Assembly: GCA_028023455.1 (NCBI GenBank)
Contig: JAQFVV010000002.1
Span: 22,444,001 to 22,508,000, forward strand
DNA length: 64,000 nucleotides
Origin: Epiperipatus broadwayi
Taxonomy: Eukaryota > Animalia > Onychophora
Direction of reading: 5' to 3'
Under the pieces are notes generated by a model. That model worked only from the letters and a program-made list of their open reading frames with translations. It had not been told where the DNA came from and ran no database searches. Below, one piece after another: positions 12,802-26,714 of the stretch. Every line of letters begins with the position of its first letter. The stretch's first letter is position 1. A program made the position numbers and the translations under genes.

Positions 12802-15800
12802 GTATTTTTTAAATTTTATTATTTTTAGATAAATATTTACAAAAATTTACATATGATTAGCAATTATATCTTTCATTGATGCTATTATATAATTTTTTTA
12901 AATATTGGCAAATAAAAGTCCATATGTATATGCTGCTATATGTTTGTATATTTTAACTTTTAACATATTATACTATAATTTATTAATGTAATCTTTTAAA
13001 TTCTAATTATTATTTAAATAAATGTATTACATAGTTTTTGCCAGCACACACTAAAAATTATTGCTATATATTGTAGCCTATCTATTTTGCTAAATTATTT
13101 CATAATTGTGTAAAACAGTAATTTTTATAGAAAATTTTATACAACAGTTGTTTATAATATAGTATTTTTATATTTAAAGTAGCTTAAAATGTACTGTTTA
13201 TTTAATGTGAAAGTTAATCTAAGTTATTTTAAAGTAATATTATTCAAATTTAATAACAAAGTTAAGATAACAAATAGTATTTAGAATTAAATAAAAGTAA
13301 ATAATTATTAGATTTATGTAATATAATGCTAAAACAATAATCTTAGTGATAAAAAATAATATTTTATAATTATTAATAGTCTAATTTAAAAAATTGTTAT
13401 TTAATTATCTTAAATTATTTAATGATATAACAATTCTGGTATGCAATGTATGTTCATTTGTGTGCACACACATTCTTGTTAAAACTAATTAAGTTTACTT
13501 CCTTGTTGCTAAAAATTTATTTATTATTTGTATCAATTTTATGTTGCAATTTATTTTTGTATCAGTTTTTAAAGCATATCAAAATTGATTATTATAATTA
13601 CATAAACAATAAATTTTTATATTTCCAAATGTAGGTTATAATAAAAAGTATTTTTTATGTAAAAGTATATTTAAAGATAGTATTTAAATAAAGTTTAAAA
13701 TATATTATTTAATAAGATTTAGTATGTAAATTTTAATGTCTGGGGTTAATTGACCAGTCAGATAGGGTTTAAGTATTGATATAAATATAGGTAATTAGTA
13801 AGACAATCAGTAGTGATTGTTGTCTATTAAAAAAATTTTTAATTAATCAAATAAATTTTGAGCAATAGAACCTATTCCTTATAGTTTAAATTTAATTGTA
13901 AATTTCTTTAAATTTTATTAGTAAAATATTAACAGTAATTTCTAAAACCATGAAGAATAATTTAAGAAGTTTATTAAACTTGATTTAAAATAGAGTAAAA
14001 CAAGAAATCTTCCTTGACAGTGCTGCACAAAAAACAACTAAGAAAGTATGATAATTGATGAAAGAAATACATTTTGTCGGATCGAAATTCTGTTAGTCAG
14101 AGGACTACACTAGAAAGCATGACGTTTAATCTGAAGAGCAACATGAAGGATGCATAAGGAATATATATTTAGTCATATTCGTGTGTTGTATGTTAAAAAA
14201 CAGTTTTATTTAATCTTAACAAGTAACAATAATGAAAATAAACTTTTGTTTGATAAAGCTATTAAATATTTTTTATCAGAAATTTATTACTTTCCGAATT
14301 TTTATTCATTTTAAACAGGAGTGAATTCTAATTAATTATTTTAGTGAAAATGGATATATTGTCTACTATTCGTTTTATGCGTAATTTATGAATGTTTTTA
14401 GTATAAGGAATATATACTTACCTGAAGAGAATTTGTATAATTATATAATGTGTGTGACAAGATTTTTGCAAGTTATTAGAATAATAAATGTGAACTATTC
14501 TAAGAAGAATTATAAAAGTTATAAGTCGACTATTAATATTGTTAAAATGTATACTAATTCAGAGGAGAGCGTTCTAAATGTATGTGATTAAAAAATAATT
14601 TTGCAAGTTAATAATATGCAAATATGAGTACACGTGAAAAGAATTGTAAAATTGGATAAACTTACTATTGACATTGTTAAAATTATTCAGAATGTTTCTA
14701 TGTGAAAATTTGAAGATTTTTTTTAAAATGAACTTACTTTATAGTAAGTCATCAAATGAGGATTGAGGAAAGAACTTTTAAATATGATAATTATTTTAAT
14801 AAATGTCAAATCTTAATATATTAACTTTAGTGAAATTTGCTTCATTAATGGTATAATAAGAATGAACTTTATTATGTAAGTACTTTTTATCCTGTATTGA
14901 GGAGCAACATTTCCAATGGATTTTTTTTAAATATTTTTGCATTTACATTGCACAGAATTGAGAGAGCGTGGAGGCGAGAAAGAAGGAAAAAATCTCTCTA
15001 GTTAGGTGAACATCATTTTTATGGTGACAAGCGCTTCCCTGGAATTTCAGTGTAAAAAATGAAAGAAAACTATTATCTTTTTATTTTTTTTCTTAGTTAA
15101 GGAAATATATTATAGTTAATTTAATATTCATATGTAGCCTTATTATTAAGATGTAGTTTTAAAATTTGTATAATATTTGATAATTTTATATTTAATATTT
15201 GGTATAAAAAAATAAGAAAAATTACCATTTTTCTTTTATTAATAATAAGTCTATAATGTCAATGGAATGAAATCAACTAGAGGATCACCATAATAATCAT
15301 AGTAATATAATTAAGGTAAATATTATTTAATATATAGAAATTCAATATTGGTATTTATTAATGCAAATGCTAAATCAGGTAAACTGAATCTTATAGTTAT
15401 TCTGTTTATTCATGTTAGAGTAATTTTTTGAGGTATCAATATAAATGTTATAAGCTGTATCTGTTTAGATACCACATGAACAATTGATCTCTGAATCGTT
15501 TTACAAATAATTAAATGAATATAATTATCATTCATTAAATATCTAAAATCATTTGTTTGTGCTATATTTAATCTTCTGGTATTTAAGGAATGCTATGTAC
15601 CAAAGTTTAGAAATTATTTTATAAAGAGATGCTTAGAATTTTTTTGTGATGTTTTTAGGAGTTTATATAGAATGTTTATAATAGACAGTTAGTGGTTTAG
15701 GAGAGTAATATTAGGAAATCCTGTAGTGCAAGGGATCTTTTGAATATCAATTATAATACAGTTAATATAGTTCTGTACATTTTTATGATTCATGGTCAAT

Positions 15801-16478
15801 AGTGTTTCTTTCTATAAATCGGTAATGCTCAGAGAGATGTGATAGGAATTTAAGGTAATCACAAGAAATATGTGGCCTTAGGCTCTGCATCCATATTTTC
15901 ATTATTTGTCATAGTTCTCATAGTTTTAATCCCTCAGTTTTAATTACTACTATCATCACTCATTCCTACATCCTGATTAGTATTTGTAAAATTGTTTGAA
16001 GATTAATAGCTAGACTCTTCAGTGATGTTTAGAATTTTGTATGGCAAGAAGAACGAAATATTAAAAAAATGATATATCAAAAGAGTGTTAAATAAAGTTT
16101 TGGGGAATGTTTTGATATTCCAAAAATATTTTGAGAGATCAAAAATTATAGAGTGTATGTTAAAGTAATATAAAAGGTATTAATGAAAATAAAACCTGAA
16201 TATGATAAACATTACTGAAAATAAATAAATACCATATATTTTATATTATTAAAATGATTATATTATTATTTTGTAATTAAAAATAGACATAAGATAAAAT
16301 ATGAATTGTAGAGTTTTTATAAAATTATTTAGAATGGAATATAGGAGTAAAGAAATTATTATTGAAGAATATTTTTCTTTTTTAAATGCTTAATATAACA
16401 TAAAAGATATTATTATGGAAGTAATATAATTTTCTTCTTCTTCTTCCTTTTCCTATGTATTGATTTCCACTTTAACAT

Positions 16479-16703
16479 ATACCATTTCCAACTTTCTTAA
16501 ACACTTTATCAATACTCTTTTTTTATATCAAAACTAATAGTTTTGACTGTCCTGCAGTCATCATCGGAGCTACAATATTCAAATATATAATTAATACACT
16601 TCGTATTGTAGCTCTGATGATGACTGCAGGACAGTTGAAACTGTTAGTTTCAATATAAATAAAGAGTATTGATAAAGTATTTAAGAAAGTTGTAAATGGT
16701 ATA
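16479..16703. repeat. Family C fold-back palindrome (arms about 100 bp)
   Basis: Arms 16479-16580 and 16603-16703; each carries an HHR. Confidence 0.85.
16610..16649 (+). ncRNA. Minimal hammerhead, family C (degenerate mirror copy at 16532-16571 on -)
   Basis: agct CTGATGA t gactg-cagga-cagtt GAAA ctg TT^ agtt. Confidence 0.68.
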
Positions 16704-18897
16704 ATATAAGATATTCATATGGTGAATATGTCGAATATAGAAATTTTATAGAACTATTGAAGTATGTGATTCATTATAAAATATCATTTTATTTTATGAA
16801 CATGCTATTGTTTATAAATATGTTTATTGGAGTAATAGTATTAAAATGTATTAATGCTTATAAAACTAGAGAAAGGTATTATGTCTACAATAGTGGAATA
16901 TTTCATTTCCATTAAAATGTAGAACTATTTAAATGTTTAATCTAGAAAAAATTCTAGAGTATTTTATAAGTGATCAGCTTAAAGTAATAGATATTATTTT
17001 TTTAAAGAATATTTTGAAGTTGTTAGCATAATAAATTATTAATGTTGTTTTAAATTAACCAAATGTCTAGAATTTCTTTTTTTTTATTGTGTCCAAATCA
17101 TTATGAATTACCCTAACCATACACATGCCTTATAAGAATTGATTATATCTTGGTATAATTGCACATGATTTAAAGAAGATAAAGTATGATTATTATATTA
17201 TGATTATTGAAGATATTACTTATTGAATCTTAAGAATTGCATAATATAAATTATTCAATAGTTATAACAAAGCTTGATGTTTTAAATGCCATATGGAAAA
17301 CCCAGTGATAAATATAATGCATAATAAGATGAAATTATTTTGAGTCTATTTAAGATAATAAGTATTATTTATGGTAGTTTATAATTTTAATTTATTTTAG
17401 CTAACTACTGAATTAGTTAAATGAGTTTAGAAAGAAGGATTATTGCATAGATTTATTTTTATTAATTGTTATTATTTTTATATAGCTAGGTATAGGTAAA
17501 ATCCCTCATTACATGTGACTATATTAATTAATGTGTTAAATACAAAAATAATAAGAACCTGAGATTGAGATTACATTATAGATTTTAATTTAGCAATAAT
17601 AGATTATTTTATTAAGTAAATAAATATAAATAGTTTAATGATTCAATTTAATTTGAGAAATGTTAATTATAATTTATTATTAATGTGTGAGTCATGGGAG
17701 TATTGTTGATAGTATAGGGAAGTAGGTCGTGGTGATATTCATATGTCATTGGGGATGTATCCTTTGGGGTATATTGTTAATGTTAAGCTACATGTGCACC
17801 TTACCAGATGCTTTTAATTATGAGTCTTGTGATTTTAATATTTAATGGACCATTTGTAAGAAGACCGAGCTGGTAGTTAAACCAATTCAATTGTTAATGA
17901 GCTGGTATTTCACTTGATTGGTTAATTAGTTTATTAGGTTTATGGTAAATCATAATCATTTAGTGAGCAATTATTATATTTAGATGAGCTAGTTATTATT
18001 ATAATTAAGCTGGCAAGTCAGATCGACAATTGATTAATAGCTTGTAGTTAGCTTCTGGGTAAGAATGCAGTAAATAACATCAATATTACTAGTATTTTAA
18101 TTGGATCTAAATTGATAGCAATTTTAAATAACGAATTTTCATTATCAACAAACATTTCTCATAAAGAAATATTTTATTAAAAGATTTTTAAAAATATGGC
18201 AACTTTTAATGCGAAATATTATACGAATAAATGTTACAAAAAAGGCTAAGAAAACAAAAAGTTAACATCAAATTGGTGCCATTTTTATCAGTGTTTTGAA
18301 ATTAATGTATGAATAAAGTACTTCTGCAATTACAAAAAAATAAGTTGATTTTGCAGATCAAATAGCGTATCCTATTAATCAAAAATAGTCTACTTGCAGA
18401 AGAAAAATAAATCCTTTGTCATTGAGCAAAAATAATATATAATTCTATTCTTGAAAATCTTTCAGCAGGAAAAGAAAGAAAATACAAGATTCATCATTAA
18501 CAAAAATGATTAAGAATAGTAGACTAAATTCTAAATTTGAATATGATGAATCTGATGTTGCAGTTAATATTTATCAAAACTATATCAGTTATGAACCATT
18601 AACCTGTTACCTGGGAAAATTTGAAATTAGATATCTGCAGTTCAAAGCTGCTAAAAAATTTAATGCATACTGGAGAACAATCATTAATTCTTACATGAGT
18701 GTAATTGAGAGTAATAGAAAATAACTTTCTTGTTCAGACTTTCCAGGAATAAATGGAAAAGATACGATGTTACAAATGCTTAATATTATTCAGCATGTTG
18801 AAACATGTCTGCAAGAACTATTATGGGATTAAAATGTCATTCTAAGTTGCATTAGAAAATGTTTAAATGAGTTATATAAGTATGTATATTATGCATC

Positions 18898-20107
18898 CCT
18901 ACTTTCATCTGATAACTCCTGCAACATTTCCTGTAGCTCTAAAGCATTATTTGCAAAAGCAACTACATCATCTGCAAAATCTAAATGACTTAAATAATCT
19001 CCATTTACTTTCACTCCTTTAGCTTCCCATTTTAATCCACAAAATACTTCTTGCAGCACTGCTGTAAAAAGTTTTGGAGATATGGAGTCGTCCTGTCTTA
19101 TACCCTTTTCAATGTTGATTTTCCTACTATCATTATGTAATCTAATTGTTGCTGTTGCATTTTTATAAATATTCTTTAAAATATGACAATATCCTGGATC
19201 TACACCTTGATGATCCAATGCTTTAATCACTGAAGAAATGTTTATAGAATCAAATGTCGTTTCATAATCTACAAATCCTAAGCATAATGGCAACTCATAT
19301 TCATTTGGCCTTTCTATAACTTCTCTCAATACCTGGATATGATCTACTGTACTAAAACCACTTTTAAATCCAACTTGTTCACTTGGTTGGTGGAAATCCA
19401 GTGTTTTCTGTAGACGAGATGTAGGACTAAAGATAAATGTTAAAAAGTCTAAAGTAATGATTAATAGATTTTCTCAAAATATGAAAATAAAGATTGATTA
19501 TGATGAGTTAGAAGAAGTTAACAGTTACAAATACCTTGGTCAGATTATTAATACAAATGGAAACATAATGGATGAAATTAATCATAGGATTAAACGTGGT
19601 TGGAGTGCTTTTGGTAGAAATAACTTGATACTAAAAGGAAATATGCCTATGTGTTTGAAAAGGAAGGTTTTTAATAAATGTGTTTTGCCAGTTCTTACTT
19701 ATGGATCTGAGATTTGGACACTTAATAGAAGAGCAATACAGAGACTTCAGACACTCAAAGAAGTATGAAAAGATGCATGTTACGAATAACAAGAAGAGAT
19801 CGAAAACGCAATATATGGGTAAGAAAACAAATAGGTGTTACTGACCTCATTGAAAAAATTAAAAGACTGAAGTGGAGTTGGGCTGGATATATTGCTAGAA
19901 GAGATGATATAGATGGACAATTGAAATCTTAAACTGGATTCCAAGAGATTTTAAAAGACCCAGAAAGATACCACATGTGAGATGAATGGATGAAATAAGA
20001 AAGGGTGCAGGGGTGATGTGGAGAAGAGAAGCTAAAGATAGGAAAAGATGGATTGAACTTGGAGAGACCTTCATTGTGCAGTGGATTGATAATGGTTGAT
20101 GATGATG
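18898..20107 (+). mobile_element. 5'-inverted RTE LINE with 10-bp TSD
   Basis: RT domains on - strand 18898-19413 (track ORF 18889-19329, FADD); continuation VGLKIN...YLG...TYGSE on + from about 19420; (GAT)n tail; attatgcatc at 18888-18897 and 20108-20117. Confidence 0.9.
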
Positions 20108-21064
20108 ATTATGCATCAAAAAATATGAACCTTATACATTTTTTTCTTCAATAAAAAAACAAAGAAACTTTTATAAAACTGATAAACATCTTCATTAACT
20201 TAATTTTTGGCAGAATTAATGCCTCATACACCCTACACAGCACCATGCAATTCATACATATTTGGCACTAAGATGCTAAAAAAAAAGGCAAGTCAACTAA
20301 ACAATAAGTATTTTAAGTAATAATCAATAATGAATTAATTATAACTAAAGCAAATGTTTCCATCAGTATATATATTATGTTGCTACTAGTATCCTGCCGA
20401 AATGTGAAAAATATTTGCTTCTTGATAAACATGCTTACTCCTGTGATACATTGAATAATAGGAAGTTGGATGAAAATTTTCAAAATAAAGTAACGATAAT
20501 ATTAATTAGGTATGTGATATAAACAAAATTAGAGTTACCATTGAACACTTTAAAATATTTTTCTTCAGACATAATTGATCTAAAACAATTAAGCATATTA
20601 AACAATTCAAAACAAAACAACACTCTCCATATAGTAGTGCCATATAGTAGGGTTAGATAGTCTTCAGACATAATTGATGGTAAAACAATTAAGCATATTC
20701 ATGGTTAGTTTGGTTTTGATTAACTCACATATATAGGTTTGGTTGTTGTTGGTTTTTTTTTCAAATTTTGGCTTATTCTCTCCAGGAAGAAAACATCCAG
20801 TCTAAAGATTTTGCACATTCCTAACCTGCAATTGATTTTATTGCTAATGTGAATATTAAGAAAGGCTGTGATTGAGATTAATTTAGCTGTGAAGTATTTG
20901 TCTATTCACAATCTATCATTTAAATGACATATTTCTATAAAAAAAATTATGTAGGAAACGATACTAAACTGTTTTGCAAACTGAAATCTTAAAATTGTGT
21001 TTGTTCATAGAAACATAATTTTAATATTACAGGAGTAAGACAAAGATAAATATATCATATTTAT

Positions 21065-21535
21065 ATATTGGACTATTTCTATGATCTAATATAAGTATTG
21101 AATGCCTTTAGAAAAATTTAACTTTATTTAAATATTCCAAACACAGGTTAGTATATGTACAACATTTCAAGAGGTATTCTCACCTCTTCTTCGGGTGTTT
21201 CTGACCTGACCAATGACAGTACTAGCATGGGAATCAAGCCTGAATTCTTAGATTCTAGAGTATTGAATTTTAAGATAATTCTCTAACCAACTGAGCCATC
21301 CTCCCAGAGCGTTACTTTAAAATTTAATACTCAAGAATTCCCATGCTAGTTCTGTCACTGGTCAAGCCAGTTATACCTGAAGAAAAAGGGAAAATAATAT
21401 TTTGAAACATTGTGCATATACTAACCTGTGTGCTATTATTAATATTGAATGTATTTGGAATATTTAAATAAAGTTAAATTTTTCTAAAGACATTCAATAC
21501 TTGTATTAGATTATGGAAATACTGTAGTCTGATTA
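21065..21535. mobile_element. Family D (tRNA-head + HHR) fold-back
   Basis: rc ggatggctcagttggttagag A-box and ggcttgattccc B-box-like sequence; HHRs at 21157-21198 (-; stem agaggt/acctct) and 21373-21415 (+, degenerate). Confidence 0.75.
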
Positions 21536-23412
21536 TACAACTAAAACACCAACATCATAAACCTTCATGAAAACTCAAGTATGCCATATGTTGTGGTTTT
21601 AGTCATGATTCTTTTTGGTTTTCTACTGTTGTAAATTGTTTTGTTTTTTTTACTAATACTATAAACTACTTTTGTTTTGTAATTTGAAAGTATTGTTATT
21701 AGTTTTACCTATTCAAAGTAATTATTATTAGCCAATAAATTTTATATTTGTGATTTCTTCATATAACGTTTATTTTTATCAGTGCACCCCTATTGCAACT
21801 ATTTTATTTATTAAAGGCTTTTATTTAAAATATTATTTTCTCAGTTCACTGCTAACCCTTTTATGAAATCTCTTCTTAAGTATTTATCTCTTTCACTTCT
21901 TGTCTATATTTTTCACTACTAATTTCAATATTAGTTCACAGCTTTTTTTAAATATTTGTAACAATAGAAACATCTTTAGAAAGAGCAGAAATAAAATTGT
22001 GCCAAAAAAAATTAGGTAACATTAAATATTGATAAATTAGTCACTTTGAAAAGTTTCAGAGTTAAAAATGATATCTGAAATAATACGATTGTCCCATTGA
22101 ATATTTAAAAAAAAAAATTGCACTCAATAAATAAGATCAATAAGTGATTTGAATAGATTAGTGATGAAGACTGATACTTAAGAGATAAATCAGCATCTCT
22201 TAATTGGATTTAATCTCATTAAAAAAAAATTGTATGAAGATTAAAATATAAGCTGGTAGCAGAAAATAATTCTAAAAATACATACATTAATTGAAAAAAT
22301 ATTAAATAAAATATCTACTCTATCTTAAACAGAAACATTAAAAACAGCAACCAGACAATCATTTTTGGAATAGGGTTCAAATAGAAAAAAATCTTTACGA
22401 TGAATTTAATTAAAAGTATTGGAAGTATGCAGATTACCTGTCCGAGTTTTCCAAATTTTTTAATAGCTGAATTTCATAAGTGAATTACATAAGTATTTCT
22501 TATGAAACCATACTGTCTATCATTTAAAATATGTGTCTTTTCAAGGTAGAACAAAATGAAGTGCTACTTTAGATAGAAGGGATAAAAATACTAGTTTAGT
22601 TTGGAGATTAAAAAACTTCTATTTATTTGGGTATAGGATAAATATGTGCAATTTTCTACCAGTTTGCTGATCATCACATTTATTAGATCTATGACCATAC
22701 AAGAAAGTTTAGAAAAACTCTGATTTCATCAGTATTAAAAGTGGCTTTTGCACTTTACATTGTAGAAGGATGAACGCATTGAGCTTTAAAGATTTTTGAG
22801 TCAAACAATGTGCTGACATTTTTTTTTAGTGCTGCACCCTTGTTTAAAAAAGTTGAATTAATAAAAAAAAATTGGTAAATTATTTTTGTATAAAAATAAT
22901 TATTAAATATTTGAATGAAATGCATTTTTATAAGTTGACTTAATGCTATTTTAGACTTCTTTTTTTTATTAAAGAAAGAAAAATGCAGGTGACTGATCAT
23001 CTGCTACATAATGTAAATATATTTGTTTAAAGAAATCTTGAGATTGTACCACAATCAATAACCCTAGTCTTCCCCATTGATTCATAAGAGTCTTTGAATT
23101 GCCAAGTCCTTTAATTCACAGATCCTTAGAACTTCATCTATGTTGCCATATTTTTGTATAAACCACATCTAATCTATGGAATTCATACTTTAGACATGAA
23201 ACAGAAAACTCTCCATACAGTGATGTCATACAATAGTAGAAATGGTGTTCATGTGATACTATTTTAGACTTATAATTAACAAAATAAGAGTTTGAATATT
23301 ATAATTTAAGTATGTAATAAAGCCTATATTTGTTACCATCATCATTTATCAACTCCTAATACATTATTTTTTAAGCTTTTGTTATTTGCTTTTTTTTTTT
23401 TTTTTTTTTTAG

Positions 23413-23577
23413 ATAATTGCTGTTGAAACAGACACAAAAGAAAAATTCTCAAGTGAAGCTATGGTAACAGTCAATATAACAGATGTTAACGATCATTTTC
23501 CAGAATTTGAAAAATCAGAATATCGTGTATCTATTACTGAAAATCCTCCTGTGGGAACCAGCGTAATTAGAGTTCAG
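23413..23577 (+). CDS. Cad88C: Cadherin exon 4
   Basis: poly-T ag|ATA...CAG|gtagtt; IIAVETDTKEKFSSEAMVTVNITDVNDHFPEFEKSEYRVSITENPPVGTSVIRVQ. Confidence 0.93.
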
Positions 23578-23675
23578 GTAGTTAATATTGTATGTCATTG
23601 TTTTAAAAATTATTGACAATTTTATTTAATAATATTTTTACCGTATATAGTGATATTGTTTTTAAAAGTTTGATA

Positions 23676-23786
23676 CATGTCAAGCATTGTTAGCTGAGAG
23701 GTCATCACAACCGCCTTGCAAGCAAGTAGTTGGTTGCAGACGGTTGTGGGTTCGCCTCCCAGTCGATGCTATGACATATAAAAAAA
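23676..23786 (+). mobile_element. Short tRNA-derived SINE (family H) with TSD
   Basis: tagctgagagg...gggttcgcctccc...gctatgacatat-polyA; aaaagtttgata duplicated at 23664 and 23787. Confidence 0.7.
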
Positions 23787-23926
23787 AAAAGTTTGATATA
23801 TTCCATTTTCAGATATATTTATAATAATTTTTTTAAAAAAATACATATGTTTATAATATGAAAGGTACCATTTATTTTATATGTATTTGAAACTTTTAGC
23901 TTATATTCATTTTAATTATTTTTTAG

Positions 23927-23997
23927 GCCCATGATAAAGACACAGGTAAATTTGGAAGTATAAAATATACAGGATTACGAGGATCAATAGCAGAAAT
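23927..23997 (+). CDS. Cad88C: Cadherin exon 5
   Basis: ttttag|GCC...AT|gtaaat; AHDKDTGKFGSIKYTGLRGSIAE(M); followed by a 69-bp phase-2 intron. Confidence 0.9.
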
Positions 23998-24066
23998 GTA
24001 AATAAATTATTTTACTTTCATTTTGATGGTTTAAATACAAATTTACATCAATTTTACACATTTCAG

Positions 24067-24325
24067 GTTAAATCTGAATGCAGACAGTGGTGAGATTACA
24101 GTGAAAGAAGCTGATCCAACAATATTTGATCGTGAACAAACTTCACAATTTTTTTTAACTGTTGAGGCTCAAGATAACGATGGTTTGAATGGGAATCGAG
24201 TAACCGCACAACTTTGGATTAATTTGCTTGATGAAAATGACAACCCTCCCCAATTTGTTCAAGAAAGTTATGAGACAACATTATTTGAAAATAAAGATAA
24301 ATTTGAAAGAGCTGTTCGAATTCAG
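24067..24325 (+). CDS. Cad88C: Cadherin exon 6
   Basis: tttcag|G...CAG|gtacat; LNLNADSGEITV...FDREQ...LLDENDNPPQF...AVRIQ; overlaps track ORF 24101-24394. Confidence 0.95.
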
Positions 24326-24889
24326 GTACATAAATATTTTTATATATTTGACTTTCCATTTTTCATTAGAATCCTCTACTCTCTACATACGTAAATATAA
24401 TATATACATGATAATGTTTATACTATCGAAATATTTATTTATTTATTTATTTTTAGAGCTATTAGTTGCAAATTTAACTAATATATTATAACAAAATTTC
24501 GCTAATTACCATAACATGCCATAGCAGATTTCATTATTTTAAGCACAGGAGTTAAATATGGTTAATATTTTTACCTTCTATCCATACCCACAGTCAGATT
24601 GAGAGGGTACAAAATGTAAAACCCACAGTCTAATTTCCAGACCATTGAACCCCCCTCCATAGCTGCGGGAAACAACCCTCTCTTCTGTGGATATTTTTAT
24701 TTGTATTGGGATGATTCCTGGAGTGCCATCAAGTCAAGATTATCTAGAATATCCTCAAAAGAAGAGTTTTTAAAATGCTTCCAGTGCTTGACTTTACCTG
24801 GCTAACACCAAGTAAGAAACTGGCTTAAATTAGATTATCAAAGCAAGTCTACATTTTTTAATACTATTATATGGTGATTAAATTAAAGA

Positions 24890-24980
24890 GGCAAAACTCT
24901 TCATACAGTAGTGTCACCCTGTGCCTGTTTAATAACAGTTACGTGCTAGCATACGAGATGGTGATTAAATGTTATATGGT
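24890..24980. mobile_element. Family A remnant (others at 20595-20655 and 23205-23260)
   Basis: ggcaaaactcttcatacagtagtg plus tail sequence. Confidence 0.65.
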
Positions 24981-26015
24981 GAGATATGGAGAGAGAGAAC
25001 TAAGCCAAATTAACAAATTAAAATAACATGTTTATTTACATACACACAAAACAAAAGTAAAACACTAACATAATAATCAAATACAAGTGAAATAAATTAA
25101 GTATGGCTTTCTTTGCTAAGGATTAGTCCACTTCTAAAATATCAGTAAACAACCCAATTGCTTTTATGTGATAATATTTCAAAAAAATAACAGTTTGTCT
25201 AGACATTGAATTTGGTATTTTATATTTACCTCGGTTTTTGTTGAAGATTCATTCTGGAGTCATTACCCCTCTCATTGAAAATAATGGAGTTCATTAGTGG
25301 CATTCCTAGCTGTTTGCTCCTCTAGTCCAGGTTGTCACATATCTTAGTCTTGTTCGCAATAATGTCTATATTTGCAGGCATGGATCTCAGCAATGGTAGA
25401 CAAAGATTTTTACTACAGGTCAGGCATGAACACTCCTCTGTGGTTTAGCAAGTGCATGGTAATGTTTAGATGTCCATGAATATTGCTATACATTTCTGAT
25501 TGATGACTGGGAAACTTTGTACAGCAAACCCACAGAAGACTGAATGATTAACAGCACTACTAACTTAACTAATAGCAATATTCCAGCAAATTTATAAATT
25601 TCTCACAGCAAAATTTTGTCAGCAGAAATAGAATAAGAATAAAACAATAGGAAATTTGTAGCTTTTATATCTGTCATCCATTGTCTGACTACCTATGTTA
25701 TTAATTAGTTTTCCAAATTCTTTTAATTAGTTAATCTTCTCTTCTAATTTTTTAATTACAATTTGATCAAACTTATTATCTAATCAGTTGGACATACTAC
25801 ATTTTAATAAAACTAAATTCCTTCTGATCAGATAATTTACATATTAGAGATCTTTAATTAGATGTAATTACCTAGTTTCAATTATTGTTTATACAACAAA
25901 ATTTTTTCAAAAGTATTTATAGTTACTTTTACATAATTAAATTTATAATTTATTTTCTTTTGTTTTTATAATCCATTGGAATGTTTTTTTTATAGATAAG
26001 GGTTCTTTTAAATAT

Positions 26016-26714
26016 CAATAAAGAGAGTGTACCAATAGCTCAAACAAGCTCTTAATTAATAAGTGCAGTATGAGAAAATATTTAAAATCTCTATCCAGAA
26101 CATTCATCTCCAGACCAACTGGTTTCCAGCTTATGGCTCTGGAGAGCTAGAATATTCGGACACTAGATCTAAAATATAAACTCAAAACCCAGCACTTATT
26201 TTAAACATATATTTAAGTATAAACTCTGAAATTTTCAGACATGAAAATATCTTTAAATCCAGCTATCTAACTTAAATAACTATATGGGACTGAACTAAAT
26301 TCAGATCTACCATATTTTAATAGTCTCAGCATAGCCAAAGCCTTAAAGGTAAAAATATAATAATTAGTAAAGCAAGTCATATATAATGTGACATTACTTT
26401 TAAAATATGGTAGATCTGAATTTAGTTCAGTCCCATATAGATATTTAAGTTAGATAAATGGATTTAAAGACATTTTCATATCTGAAAATTTTCGAGTTTT
26501 CTATTTAAATATACATTTGAAATAAGTGCTGGGTTTTGAGTTTATATTTTGGATCTAGTATCCGAATATTCTAGCTCTCCACTGACGTAAGCCATAAGCT
26601 CGAAACCAGTTGGTCTGGAGATGAGACTGTTCTGGATAGAGATTTTAAATATTTTCTCATACCGCACTTATTAATTAAGAGCTGGTTTGAGCTATTGGTA
26701 CACTCTCTTTATTG
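26016..26714. repeat. Large palindrome, arms about 305 bp (family G)
   Basis: Arms 26016-26320 and 26400-26714; part of the loop re-occurs inverted at 26735-26780. Confidence 0.88.
26577..26620 (+). ncRNA. Type I hammerhead, family G (A9 substituted)
   Basis: ctcca CTGACG ta agc-cataa-gctc GAAA ccagttgg TC^ tggag; 5-bp stem I; GUC. Confidence 0.62.
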
